Assembly (NCBI RefSeq): GCF_009834535.1
Contig: NC_045696.1
Span: 87,422,001-87,486,000, forward strand
Source: Camelus ferus
Taxonomy: Eukaryota
DNA length: 64,000 bases
Direction of reading: 5' to 3'
Positions 12,685 through 24,995 of this stretch are shown here, piece by piece (the stretch's first letter is position 1; each line of letters starts with the position of its first letter). Made by a program: the position numbers and the translations under genes. The notes under the pieces were generated by a model. The model was not told where the DNA came from. It ran no database searches and worked only from the letters and a program-made list of their open reading frames with translations.

Positions 12685-14529
12685 GTAAGTAACTGTATTT
12701 CATTTTTTATCCATGTCTGACCCTTTCTAGGCGATAGCCCCAGTAAATTTAAAAAAAAAAATAAAATAGGATCCATGCCTATAAGGTAGTTAAAACATCT
12801 TAGCATTCAGTCAACTTACACCCTAGAAATATTTCCAAAATCTAAATTTTATTTCCCATTCCCAATGTTACTTTTTCTGTTACAGTTTCATTATATTTCT
12901 TCCTAATCCTGTTTTAGAGCCTGCATTCCCCTGGACCTCATCTCTGTATTTCAGTCCATCATTGTCTAATGCTGCTTTCTGCAAAAAGTTATTTTCTGTA
13001 AAATACATATAAGATCATGCTATATGGGGTCCAGACAATTGCAGAGTGCCTAGTGAATAAAGGAGATCTCTTTAGCTTTATTTAAGTCTTCAGAATACAC
13101 GCACATCTCTAACTTTGCTTCCACTGCTCCTCCTTCTATACCTGAAGTTTCAGCCAAACAACTACTAGCATCTGCCATACCCTTTTGAAACTCCATGTCT
13201 TTATACATATTCTTCTTCAATCTTTTAATAAAAATTCCCACCTTTCTGATTGTCGTATTTCAACTGGTGGTTCAAGGCCAGAGGAATATAAGTTTCAATC
13301 AAATTTTTTTCAAAATCTCCTAGAAAATTGACATTTTCCTCCTGTTTCTCACATCGCTTTATTCATATTCTATAATTCAGTTATCTGCTGGAGTCATGTT
13401 AAAGTTGGTTGAGATCAATGAATCATTGGACTGATTCTTTCAGCAAATGTTAGGTGGGAAATTCAACATCTACAGCAAGATTTGCCAAATTCCTGGAGCT
13501 CAAGGCTGTACAATCCCTTCTTCCTTAGTGAACAATCCCAATTGAATTCTTAAACTTACTGGTTTCTTTCTTCCTACAGCGTTTTCTCTCCATTTTATTG
13601 AAAAATCAACTTGGAATGCAGTCACTTTTACTTTCATCTCACCAAAACATCACTAAAATAAGCTGTTTGAACTTATAATAAAGTGGGTCAAACTTCTTTG
13701 TTGATTGATCTCCTATGTGATTTTTGTTCATCTGTCCTGAAATTACCAAGTATTTTTTTTTTAATACAGAGAAGTTTAGCAGGTAAATTCATCATAAATT
13801 ATCCCCTTGATGAAGGGTAATATTCGTCTTTGCTCTAAAATTTTAATTCAGCTTATGTTATGTATTTGAATTAAAAACATGTATGACAGAGAAAGATTAT
13901 GATACATTAGTGGGGGTGAAGCTTTTAGATGTGAACTGTGGTTTTAAAATATACATTTTTCCTACAGATAACTTTTGTGAAGGGTTTTAATTGTCATGCA
14001 ATTGATATTTGATTGGAGCACTTCAGATATTTAGACCATATTATATTCTTTGAAAACTTAGCAAGAAGCAAAATGTCTTGCATATATTAGGCATAATAAG
14101 AAATTTATTGGTTCAATAAAACAGAAAGAACTAAATCAATTATATCATTTGTATTTGTACTTCCTTTCTAGATAAATAATTGATATTATTAACTAAATAT
14201 TCTTGAAAACATTATATAGAAACTGATAATGGTTTTCTATGCAAACTGAAAAAAGAAATGACTGTAAACAATGAACTTGAATTTTTTCAAAATTTTTTTC
14301 CCTTGAGACCTATAACATGCAGAAATTTGGAAGGACCTCACTAAGACTAACAATGTAGTATGAAGTGGATCTACATTCCTGGTGCCAAAATTGTGGTATC
14401 TGGACATCAAAATTCCAGCTGATTTTCCATATAATAAACAATTTCTAACAACTTATTAAAGCTTGATGAAATAGGTATTTTATTAAATAATCAAATTGCA
14501 TCACATTCAATTATTTTAAAAGTCAGTAT

Positions 14530-16700
14530 AGAACTTATACTTCTACTGATATAGTGAATTAGATCATCTGAACTATCCCACTGGTAGAGACTGCCTCAAT
14601 TAAAACAAATACAATTTCTAATGCTTTCCCAGAGCTTGCTACCAAGTAAAGCATGGTGAGATAACCAGCCTCTCTCCTCTAACTCCCAATCAGATAACAA
14701 TCAGTTAACCAAACAAAAGTATATACTTTGTAGAGCAATTGCAATGTTATTCTCAAGGGAATATTTTCAGTCCAAAAGAAAATATCCAAGCATACTTAAA
14801 TCAGCAATTCTACTATAAAATGTATCAGTTAAGTAAAAACTGCAGATAATAAAATTCACTCAAATAGAACCTCCAATCAGCTTTTTTAGTGCTCACTTTT
14901 AACTATAAGCAGATGGACAAGGATCAGTCAGTCACTTGAATAAAGCAATGAGAATAAACTGAACAAAGGAAATTAAGAGAAAATAATAATTCAGAGGAAA
15001 AATGTAAAAATAAGAAAATCTTAAAAGTAATTATTATTATGATCAGACAGGTAATAGAAGTTATGACATCCATAAATCAAGAAATACTCCATAAAATGAC
15101 TCAATAGAAGGGTTGGGATATGAGGCTAAGAAATGTTCAAGAAAATTGAGCAAAAAAGGGTAAAGTGATTTAAAATAGGAGAGAAAATGTAATAAATAAG
15201 AAGACGTTAGAAACAGGAAATTAGAAAGCAGAGAAAATAGAGACATGTCAAAAACTTTCCCAGAATGGATGGACATGGACATGAATTTTCTGATGCAAAG
15301 GATTCATCAAGTACCTGTAAAATGGCAGGGAAAAAAAAAAAAAAAAAAGATAACTAGCCACATGGGATTTCAAAAAGACAGAAAAAATTCTACCAGTTTT
15401 GAAGAAGGAAATCAGAAGCAAAGCCAAAAAACAAGACATATTTCATACAAAACATCAAGTATAAAATTCCGGAGTACTTCTAAATATGGTTATTCAGAGG
15501 CTGCAAGATAATAGAAGAGTATCTTCAAATTCTGATGTAACATTTTCCTTCCCAAAATTCTATACTCAAATTATCAAGAAGAGAAAAGACAAACATACTT
15601 TCAGAAAAACAGGATTCCAAAAAAATAAATTCCCATGCATCCTCTCAAAAAGCTTCAGGAGTATGTGCCCCATTTAAAAAGCAGATTAACACAGAAAAGG
15701 AAGACACAGGATTCTGGAAAGAAAGGATCTTATACAAAATCGCAGTGACAGAAAGTCTCAAGGTTGAAGGGTCATTGTGTTACCAAACTCAGTTTTATGT
15801 GCCTGATGCTCAGTGAGGCCAAACAAATGGAAATGTCGGAGTTTGGAGCAGAGAAAGATTTACTGCAGGGCTGAGCAAGAATGGGGTGGTCCATGCCCAA
15901 GAAAACCTGAACTCCCGGAAGGCTTTTAGCAAAGCATATTTAAAGGCCAGGTGGGGGAGGTGGGTCACAGGGTACGTGATCAGCTCAGGCACAATTCTCT
16001 GATTGGTTGAGATGCTGAGGTAACAGGGCGGTCAACACTATCAACCACTCTTGGCCAGAAGGCCTGGGGGCCATGTGCTCATGATCATCAAGTAGTTAAT
16101 TTCTTCCCTTTGGTGGTGCTTTTTAACATCTGAAAAACTCAGGAAACATGCAGAAGATACTATCATCTGGGTACTTCAGAGAGGAGCTACAGCAGAGGAT
16201 ATGGGAGAGAGGTCTGACCCAGGAGGGCCCCACAGGGTGCAGCTTGGTTACAGTTGTAAGGTAATGACTAGGCAGCAGGTCTGGAAAGTTGCCAGCCAAA
16301 ACTGAGCCAAAGAAAGGGTCTCAGAAAGATTTTTTTCTCCAAAAGTGAATTTTTAAAAATATCTAACGTATTTGAACTCACTAAGTGGAGATTAACATTA
16401 CTGGAAGAGAGATGTAAGTTAAACTAGTAAAAAAAAAAAAAAAAATACATAAAAAGCTAAATAAACGGAAAAAAAGATTCTATACAAATATTAACTTGAG
16501 GGAAAACAGAAGTTTTAATGACAGAAGTATTACTGAAGTATAATACATGGCTTATATCTGAATAGCATTTAAATACACATTATATATAAACAAAAAGCAT
16601 TGATTTTACTTACATTAGTTTTATACCATTAAAATGATAGTATTAGGCATTAGGACATTGTCCTAAGTGTGGTGGGTGAAGGAAGGAGTTTGGGGGTTTT
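14530..16700 (+). mobile_element. Highly degenerate L1ME-like 5'/ORF1 region, interrupted by an LTR
   Basis: A-rich ORF1-like motifs such as aaaactttcccagaatggatggacatggacatgaattttctgatgcaaagg and ccaaaattctatactcaa. Confidence 0.6.
15778..16252 (-). mobile_element. ERV1 solo LTR, MER41-like
   Basis: TG...CA termini (tgttacc...ggttaca), 4-bp TSD attg/gttg, and minus-strand CCAAT, TATA-like and AGTAAA signals in LTR order; GC-rich relative to flanks. Confidence 0.85.
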
Positions 16701-17274
16701 AAAGGAGCTTAATCCTCATCTTCCAAAGTAAAATTGAATAGGTAAGGTAAAAAATAGAAAAATAAAGAATACAAATACATAATCCAAAATATGGAAGCAA
16801 AAAGCAAAGTTTTAGCTAAAAGGTCAATGATATGCCTATACTTCATAGCAATTCTTACAGAACCATTCATAGCACCTGCTAATTCTTTAAACAATGCCCT
16901 TGCATATATGTAATAAAAATAAAACTCCAAAATTAAGGTCATAAGGGCACATGATTTAAAAACCAAATGCAGAATTTATATATATATAGGCCTTTCATAC
17001 TAGTCCCGTAGCACCCCTCCTCTCCTCCCTTTGGAGGCAGCTGTGTTCACATACACATCTCCAGAAGTTTCCTGTGCATATGTAAGCACAAATATCCATG
17101 TATATATTTATTACAAGAATGACTATATAAAAAATTCATATCACGCTCAGGAAACCGATCACCTCTTGGCAGATAGTGGTGGGAGAGGAGAGGTAAAAAC
17201 ATAAGAAGTATTTCTGAATATTGCCAATATAAGCTGACATGTATATCTCAAGGACTAACTCCACTTTACCACAG

Positions 17275-17386
17275 ATAATTCAAGTGACAAGTAATGATAT
17301 AATCATAACGAAGACTTGCCAGGTTGTCAAGATGTTAAGAAAACAACATTCACCTGTTGATTATGAAAATATTAGTAAAAAAAAAA
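17275..17386 (+). CDS. Candidate 112-nt exon (IIQVTSNDIIITKTCQVVKMLRKQHSPVDYENISKKK)
   Basis: Consensus branch site CTAAC, acceptor tccactttaccacag, single open frame; weak donor gttaag after an A10 run. Confidence 0.45.
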
Positions 17387-17491
17387 GTTAAGTAGGGTTA
17401 GATTTTTAAATTCTGTTGTTAGTATTATTATCTTTCTATACTGGCTTCTAATTTTATGTATTAATATATTTTATTATATATTTTTTCTTAG

Positions 17492-17541
17492 ATTTCCCAG
17501 AATATAGGAATTTTACCTCACCTGATATTGCTGCCTATTAG
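17492..17541 (+). CDS. Candidate terminal coding exon (NFPEYRNFTSPDIAAY*)
   Basis: Acceptor ttttttcttag after a 105-nt intron, phase matches the previous exon, TAG at 17539-41, ATTAAA at 17586. Confidence 0.45.
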
Positions 17542-18059
17542 CAGTTGGGGGATGCCAAAAGACCTTGTTTCCTTACAATTTTACTATTAAAATGTAAGAA
17601 TATTTTAGACAATTTTTTCCAAAAAAGAGTAAGAAAACATGGCAGTAGTCTCAATTCCATGTGCTCACTATTCAATGGCATTTACACAATTTCTGGTAAA
17701 AAAAAAAAAACAGTATTAATGCATTAAAAGATGGATTCTTTACACATTTTAACCAGTTGTTACAAATTAGTAGGAATATTTATGGACTTTTCTTCAGGAT
17801 TATGGTGGTTTGTTCTAAGAGTCTCATGTAAATATGAATTTGCATTCTAACTCTTATTTATTTTACTTTAAAAACTTTATTTACTTTATAAACTTTTTTC
17901 CAGAAAATACTGCACAGAATAGATGACCTACAGGGTTATGTTTCATCTTTCCTTCATATGTCTTTTCTCACAAATTTTATATAAGCAGGCACAAGACCAA
18001 ATATAAGTCTCTTGCCAAAAAATGGGTATTTTAACATTTAAACAGAACTTACAAAAAAA

Positions 18060-21000
18060 TTTTGTATTTCTGGTTTCTGGCCTGGCATTTAAGGAGTTTG
18101 GAAGTCTTCACTCCATCCTGACAAAAAGTAAAATGCTGAAAAAACTGAAAAAATCAACAGTTCTGAGAACTGTAAAATAAGTGAGTTCACAGGGAGAAGT
18201 GCTGTACCCCAAAACTGGTGAGTCACAGAGGTGCATATAGAGCATCACAATTTGCTGGATTCGAAACCCATGAGTAGAAACCTCTGTAGAAAGCCTTGCC
18301 GGTGTAGGAAAACCTAAACTGTAATTGATGAATTGCTGGAGGCTCAGTGTGGGCATAGGTCTGATAGTTAACAACTCCAAGGGGAGTCAATCATCGGGGA
18401 GCCCACACTTTTATGAGTTCTATCTCCTTGAGTTCTACCTGGTCCTGATAAGGAATATTCAAGAAAAATCCCCTCATGCTTCAGGCCAGGGGAGCAGACA
18501 AGAAACCATTTTGAAACAGATCAGAGAATTCTGTTCTTAAAAAGGCCTGCCCTCAGGGGAAACTACTTAACCAAAGTCTAACTCACTAGGATTTTATCAG
18601 AGTCTAGCTGATCTAGCAGGAGGAAAATACCCAATTTGGCTCCCGTTAGCCTTCCATATGGGAGAATTCTAGTCTCCTCCAGCCATCTTATCTCACCTTA
18701 GTTGAGGGGATTAAAAAAACCTAAGTAGCTCTTGTGAATTCACAGTCTAGAAGCACAGGCTCACTGAAAGACTTCTAATCATAGGACTATCAACAGCTCC
18801 TCCTGCCACACCTTACCGTTCCATTGTTAAAGACATATTTACAGTGGATCGTTTTATCCAATACAGCATATTCAACTATCTAGGAAAATTACATAGGTGG
18901 GTGAGATGGGTGAAGGTGGTACAAACTTCCAGGTAGAAGATGAATAAGTCATGGGAATGTAATGTACAGCATGGTGTCTATAGTTATATCTCAAAGATCC
19001 TAAGAGAATAGAACTTAAAAGTTCTCCTAACAAGAAAAATAAATTGTAACTATTTGTGATGATGGATATATAACTACGCTTTTTGTCAGGATCATTTAGT
19101 AACATAAAAAATAAACTAAAGAAAAAAAAATACAAGGCATAATAACAGGCAAAACACACAGTTGTAAAGAAACAAAGCAAGCATCAGAACCAGACCCAGA
19201 TACAGCTGGGATGTTGGAATGATCAGATTGAGAATTTAAAACAATAATGAGTAGTATATTAAGGGCTCCGATGGATAAAGTACAGAGCATGCAAGAACAG
19301 ATGGGCAATAAAGCAGAGAGATGAACATTCTAAGAAAGAACCAAAAAGAAATGCTAGAGATAAGAAAACGTTATACAAGAAATGGAGAATGCCTTTGGTG
19401 GGCTTATTGGCACACTGGACATGGCTGAGGAAAGAATCTCTGAGCTTGAGAATATCTCAATAGGAACTTCTAAAACCAAGAAGCAAAGAGAAAAAAATGA
19501 CTCAGAGAAACAGAACAGAAAAATCAAGAAGAGTGGGGCAACTACAAAGCCATAACATAAACAAAATGTGAACACCAGAAAGAGAGCAAAGAGAAAAAAA
19601 CAGAAGAAATATTTGAAAAATAATGACTAAGAACTTCCCCAAATTCAGTCAGACACCATCCAGGAAACTCAGAACAAATAAGCAGGATAAATGCCAAACA
19701 AAAAACCCCAACAACACAACAACAAAAGTAAACAAAACTACACCTAGTCATAAAATTTTCTAACTATGGAAGATCAAAGAGAAAGAAATAATCCTGAAAT
19801 AAGTCAAAGAGAAAAAAAAATCTTACCTATAAAAGAGCAAAGATAAAAATTACATTGAATTTCTCAGAAACCATGCAAGCATGGCAAAAGTGGAGTAAAA
19901 TATTTAGTGTTGAGAGAAAAAAACCCCACCAATCTAGAATACTGTATTCTGAGAATTTATTCTACAAAAGTGAAGGAGAAATAAAGATGTTCTCATACAA
20001 ACAAAAATTGAAGGAATTGGTTGATGGTAAACCTGTCTCTCAAGATATGAGTTCTTTTGAGAGAAGAAAATTACAAAAGATTACATTAATTTATGTAAAG
20101 AAATGAAGAACACTGGACAATGAATGAATACAGAATAAAAACTTAAGTCCATAAGATCCATACTTAGTCTTAATTGTTTTAACAGATAACAGTTTGTTCA
20201 AAATAATAAAGGCAACAATATATTTAATTATATATGCTTATGTATATAAAAGTGCTATGTATGCTTATGTGTAAGTGCAATCAATAACAAAACGACACAA
20301 GGTATGAAAGGGAGGAATTTGGATTACTTCGTAATTTGCAGAAACTCTAACTACCCATGCAATGGTATAGTGCTCTTTGAAAGTGGATTAGCTGTGAATG
20401 TATACTGCAAACTCTAGGGCAACCATCAAAAAAAAGTTTAAAAAAAAGTATACCTGATGTGCTAAGAAAGGAGGGAAAATAAAATTGTATAAAATATTTT
20501 ATTAAAACCACAAAAGTAGGAAAAGAGTGAAAAACAAAAATAGGAACAAAGAATAAGGGCACCCAGTAGAAAATAGTAACAAATATGGTAAATGTTGATC
20601 CAGCTATAACCACTTTGAACAGTGTTCTAAATGCAGTAATTAAAACACAGGGATTGTCAGAATGGATTAAGAACAAGACCCATGTATATGCTGTCTACAA
20701 GAAACTCACTTTAAATATAACAACACAGATCAAATGAATGGAGAAGAACTATTCTAGCACTAATAAAAGAAAGCATGTGTTTCTATATTAATTTCAGACA
20801 GAGCAGACTTCAGAGCAAGGAGAGTTATCAGGGATAAAGAAAGTCATTACATAATGATAAAGGGGTCAATTATTCAAAAAGACATAACAATCCTTAAAGA
20901 GTATGTACCCAATAACAGAGCATCAGATTGTGTGAGGCAGAAACTGATGTAAATGCAAGAAGATGAATCCACTCTAATAGTTAGAGATTTCAAAACCCCT

Positions 21001-21970
21001 CTACTAGAAATAGACCCAGAGGTAGAAAAATCAGTAAGGACACAGTTGAACTGAATACCACTGTCAATCAACTAGATCTAATTGGCCTCTATGGACTACT
21101 TCTTCCATAACAGCAAAATACATATTATTTTTAAGCTCACATGGAATAGTACCCAAGACAGAACACAACTGGGATGTAAAACACACCTTAACAAATTTGA
21201 AAAAATAGATACCAATGTGTGTTCTTAGGCCACATGGAATTAAACTAGAAGTCAATAAAAGGTAGCTTAGAAAATTCCAAAATATACAGAGATTAAACAA
21301 CACACTTCTAAATAAGAAATGGTCAAAAAAGAAATTGGAGAAACTAAAAATAAAAAAAAATTCAACTAAATGAAAATGAAAACAACTTGCCAAACTTTGT
21401 GGAATACAGTGAAAAATAGTGCTTAGGGGGAAATTTACAGCATTGAATGCATATTATTAGAAGAAAGATGTAAAATCAATGACCTAAGCTTTAACCTTAT
21501 AAAACTAGAAAGAGTAACTTAAGTTCAAAGTAAGCAGAAGAAACAAAAATCAGAGCATAAATAAGTAAAATTGAAGCCAGGCAATCAATAGAGAAAGCCA
21601 ACTAAAACAAAAGTTGGTTCTTTTATCAATAAAATTGATAAGCCTCTGGCAGGCTAAGTAAGAAAATAAAAAAGACATAAATTACTATAGCAGAAATGAA
21701 AAAGAGGGCATTACTACAGATTTCATGGACATTAAAAGGGTAATGAAGGAATATTACGAACGTATATACATATACATGAAAGAAATTGAATAACCTTCCA
21801 AAACAGAAAACTTAGGCCCAGACAGGTTCACAGGTGAATTCTATCAAACATTTAAAGAGGAAATCACATTAACTTTTACAATCTCTTTCAGAAGATAGAA
21901 GCAGAGGAAATTTCCTAACTTACTTAAGGAGGCAGGCATTACCCTAATACCAATACCGAAGGCATTACAG
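18060..21970 (+). mobile_element. Old L1M element (5' region, ORF1, 5' half of ORF2), degenerate
   Basis: ORF1-like gcatgcaagaacagatgggcaat and aatctagaatactgtattctgag; ORF2 ctgtctacaagaaactcactttaaatat and ggcccagacaggttcacaggtgaattctatcaaacatttaaaga. Confidence 0.93.
18898..19128 (+). mobile_element. L1 3'-end fragment nested inside the older L1
   Basis: gatgggtgaaggtggtacaaacttccag...gtaatgtacagcatggtg 3'UTR motif, A-rich tail, imperfect TSD aaaattacatagg/aaaatacaagg. Confidence 0.7.
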
Positions 21971-21974
21971 GACC

Positions 21975-22437
21975 GGTATTCTGCTCAGGAGCTTCACCAA
22001 CTATCTATCTGTGGTTATAAAGGTACTGGACCAAACCACATCGTCTGCCTGTGTTTTCAGCGAGCCCCAAACCGGCGCCCCATCAGTGTCTGTGCTTAGA
22101 TTCAGAGTAGTCAGACACTAGTCCTTGGGAAAGTCCTTGGCCAAAAGTCAGAATGTTGGACTTATATTCCAATCTTCCCTTTCACTCCTCAGCGAGAAAC
22201 TGGGAGCTTCCTATCATGCCACACTATGCTGGGGAGAAGGGCTCTGGTGAATAAGTACCACAAATTTTCCTACTGGGCTCCCAGGCAGCTGGCTTTGCAC
22301 TTTCCTAGGGTGCAGAAACCTCTCACCTAGTTTCTGGATTTCTTACAAAGGCAGTTGGTCCATGTATCTTTGTTAATTTGTGCATCTGTGGAGGAAAGGT
22401 TTCGGGCTTCCTATTCTAACATTTTGCTGACATCACT
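21975..22437 (-). mobile_element. L1M 5' UTR fragment, antisense
   Basis: gtttctggatttcttacaaaggcagttggtcc...gggcttcctattctaacattttgctgacatcact is the reverse complement of the same 5'-end type seen near 4890-5030. Confidence 0.75.
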
Positions 22438-22619
22438 ATATGTTTTTAAACCAGTTTATTATGCATTAAACTGATACTAATTTGCTAGTACATTCTTATT
22501 TCTGAGCTTTTCAATGTGCATATACTACTCTAAAATTTAAATTAGTATTCTAAATGGGGTAAATTATGCAATTTGAGATGGTCATTATGTTTGCATTTAA
22601 CTTTTTTACATGCATTATT

Positions 22620-23025
22620 TCCTGTAATGAGAATTTACAAAATTATGTTGTACCTCAGAAATAAAGATGTTTAATTTTTGTATCTGTTTATGTATGCAAA
22701 CTGTTGCAACATTTTTCATTGAAATATGTAAAGAAAAGCCCGTCTTACATGGATATCTAGTTGGAAGAACAAAAGATAATTTAGGGGCTTTTCAGTGAAT
22801 TGAGGATATTCTTTGGCTACATCAAACTAAAAAGTGGTATTTCTTTCAAAATTAGTTTTAATGTGGAATACAAAATCATGTCAGTAGACTTTTTGAATAT
22901 TGTCCTATTAAAATTCATAGGTCTGTCTTGCACTTTGGATGGACTTCTACCAATAAGTGATTCTAAACTTGCAGTGAATCCTAATGAACTTTCAATGGTC
23001 CCTGGAACTAACTTTGAAACCACTG
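22620..23025. mobile_element. Charlie1-like hAT DNA transposon fragment
   Basis: aagtggtatttctttcaaaattagttttaatgtggaat...ggtctgtcttgcactttggatgga, with terminus actttgaaaccactg. Confidence 0.75.
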
Positions 23026-23089
23026 CCCTAACTTATGCCTGGGAGAGGCTCTCTCTCCCTATTTAAAGTGGGATAGCAAAAACTATGTA

Positions 23090-23289
23090 CAGTTCACCCT
23101 TGAATAACATGAGGCTTAGGGGCACCCTCCTTACTCAGTTCAATATCTTCATGTAACTTTACAGTTGGCCCTCAGTGTCCTCGGTTCTACATTCACAGAT
23201 TCAGCCAATCACAAATCTGTAGTACTATAGTACATATTTAGTGAAAAAAGTCTGCAGAGTTCAAAGCCATGTTGTTCAAGAGTCAATTG
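23090..23289. mobile_element. MER8/Tigger2-like MITE
   Basis: TA-flanked inverted termini cagttcacccttgaataacatg ... catgttgttcaagagtcaattg. Confidence 0.85.
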
Positions 23290-24779
23290 TATATATGGTA
23301 TGAAAGAATGCTTTATTTGCTAAATATTAAATCATAAAGTTTATTTTTAGGTAATCCCTTTTAATAGGGTTATAGGTTATATAATATGATATATTCTGGA
23401 CATATACAACTCTATAGAGGGATTATTTAACCATTTCCCTATTACTAGAAATTTATTTCCATTGTTATTAAATATCACATATAAGAGGCAAACTTTATCC
23501 ATATTCCAGTTACTTTATGAATGTGGAAAACAAACATGATAGGAACTGGGAGCAGGAAAAGTAATAATGCATAAAAAAATAACAAAAAAAATCTCAGTTC
23601 TGTCCATTTCACTAGGTAAATATTTTCTTGGCACTATAAATTAAACTAGGGACTCTGCACAAACTAAATCTTAGCTGTGACTTGAAGGTGGGAAGATGGT
23701 AACACAGGAGTGGACAATGAGCTCAACAAGCCAAATGCAGAGGCTGGATATACTTCTTCTCATCGAAAGTCAGGGAGACAAATGAACATAATAAGGGTTA
23801 TGTACAAAAAGAAGATGACTCAGAAGACCTACTTTTCTCATTATTTACTCTACAAATTTACTTTCAATTTTTAAAATTATTATTATATTAAGTGACTATT
23901 ATGCTATAGTCACTTGATTTGAAATATTTCAGCATAGATAGTATGATGTTACAGTCAAACATCTAGCGTACCACAAGGGTCTGAGCTATCAGCCAGAGGC
24001 TTTGCTAAACAGAATGAAGAATATCAGAAACGAGTTTTCATTAGTAAATTAGTAATCAAAGTCAGAATTATACATTCATTGTTGAAATTCGAGGCATTCA
24101 AGATTTGTTAATTGGACAAAGTATTGTAGAAAAATCCTCCACACCTGCACTAATGGGATATGAGAACCCAGCAAGCTCTGTAACCTCTACTTTAGGAATT
24201 GTCCAACTTCTTGTACAGGTCTCTGGTTGCATGATGCCAACTGCAAGACTAACCAAGTCCTATCACTGGAATATTGTCTTGTCTTCCCCAAGTGAGCTGC
24301 AAAGCCTAAGTGACAGGGAGCACGGACTCAAATCAAGCCTACGCAACAGGTTTTCCAAGTTGCGTCCTTGCCCGCTACTGGCCTACACATCCTTTCCAAA
24401 AAAACGCCTATATGTGAGGAAAAACTTCTCCTTGTGAGATTACCCATGCCCAAACTTTTTGGTGGCTGATTTTATCTACTGAAAAGAACCTAAGAGTTGT
24501 GCATGATCGAACTAATGTAGGTCATTTCACAGCAATAGCTGTAGGGATCTTGTAAGCCTTTAGTAAAACTATTCAAATTAGAAACAATTTACCTAACGAT
24601 CAAAACACTTAGGACTAAATTACACAAAGCATAATTTATACAGCAAAAACCTAAATTAAAAATCCAGAAAGCCATGCACAGAAAGCAAAAAAAAAAAAAA
24701 AAAAAGAAAGAAATTTAGACAAAGCAAGCAAGACATAATGCTAAGTATAAAAAATTGTGTATTTTGTATAAGTGTTATT

Positions 24780-24995
24780 TAATCTGTATTGTATGCTTGG
24801 AATTTGCTAAAAGAATAGATCTTAACTTAAATCTTCAACACATACACTGTAGTAACTATGAAGAGGTGACAGATGAGTTATTTAGCTTGATTGCAGTGAT
24901 CTTTTCAGCATATGCATAGATCAAAAAATCAGGTTGTAGATCTTAAATCAGTACTATTTTATATGTCAGAGAGCTCTGTAAAGTTGTTAAAAAGG
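24780..24995 (+). mobile_element. L1MA/MB 3' end fragment
   Basis: ctgtattgtatgcttggaatttgctaaaagaatagatctt...gtaactatg...tttagcttgattgcagtgatc. Confidence 0.8.

Noticed and set aside
18108..21393. Cluster of hydrophobic minus-strand ORFs resembling membrane proteins
   Set aside because: Antisense translation of A-rich L1 gives F/L/I-rich artefacts
24290..24500. Short resemblances to viral nucleoprotein motifs (EHGL; NRFS..PLL; PNF....FIY)
   Set aside because: Only 3-5 residue matches to different virus families, too weak to assign
24655..24740. ATTAAA plus A19 as proof of retrotransposition of the upstream island
   Set aside because: No TSD found, and the surrounding A-rich sequence also resembles decayed L1 ORF2, so it is only suggestive
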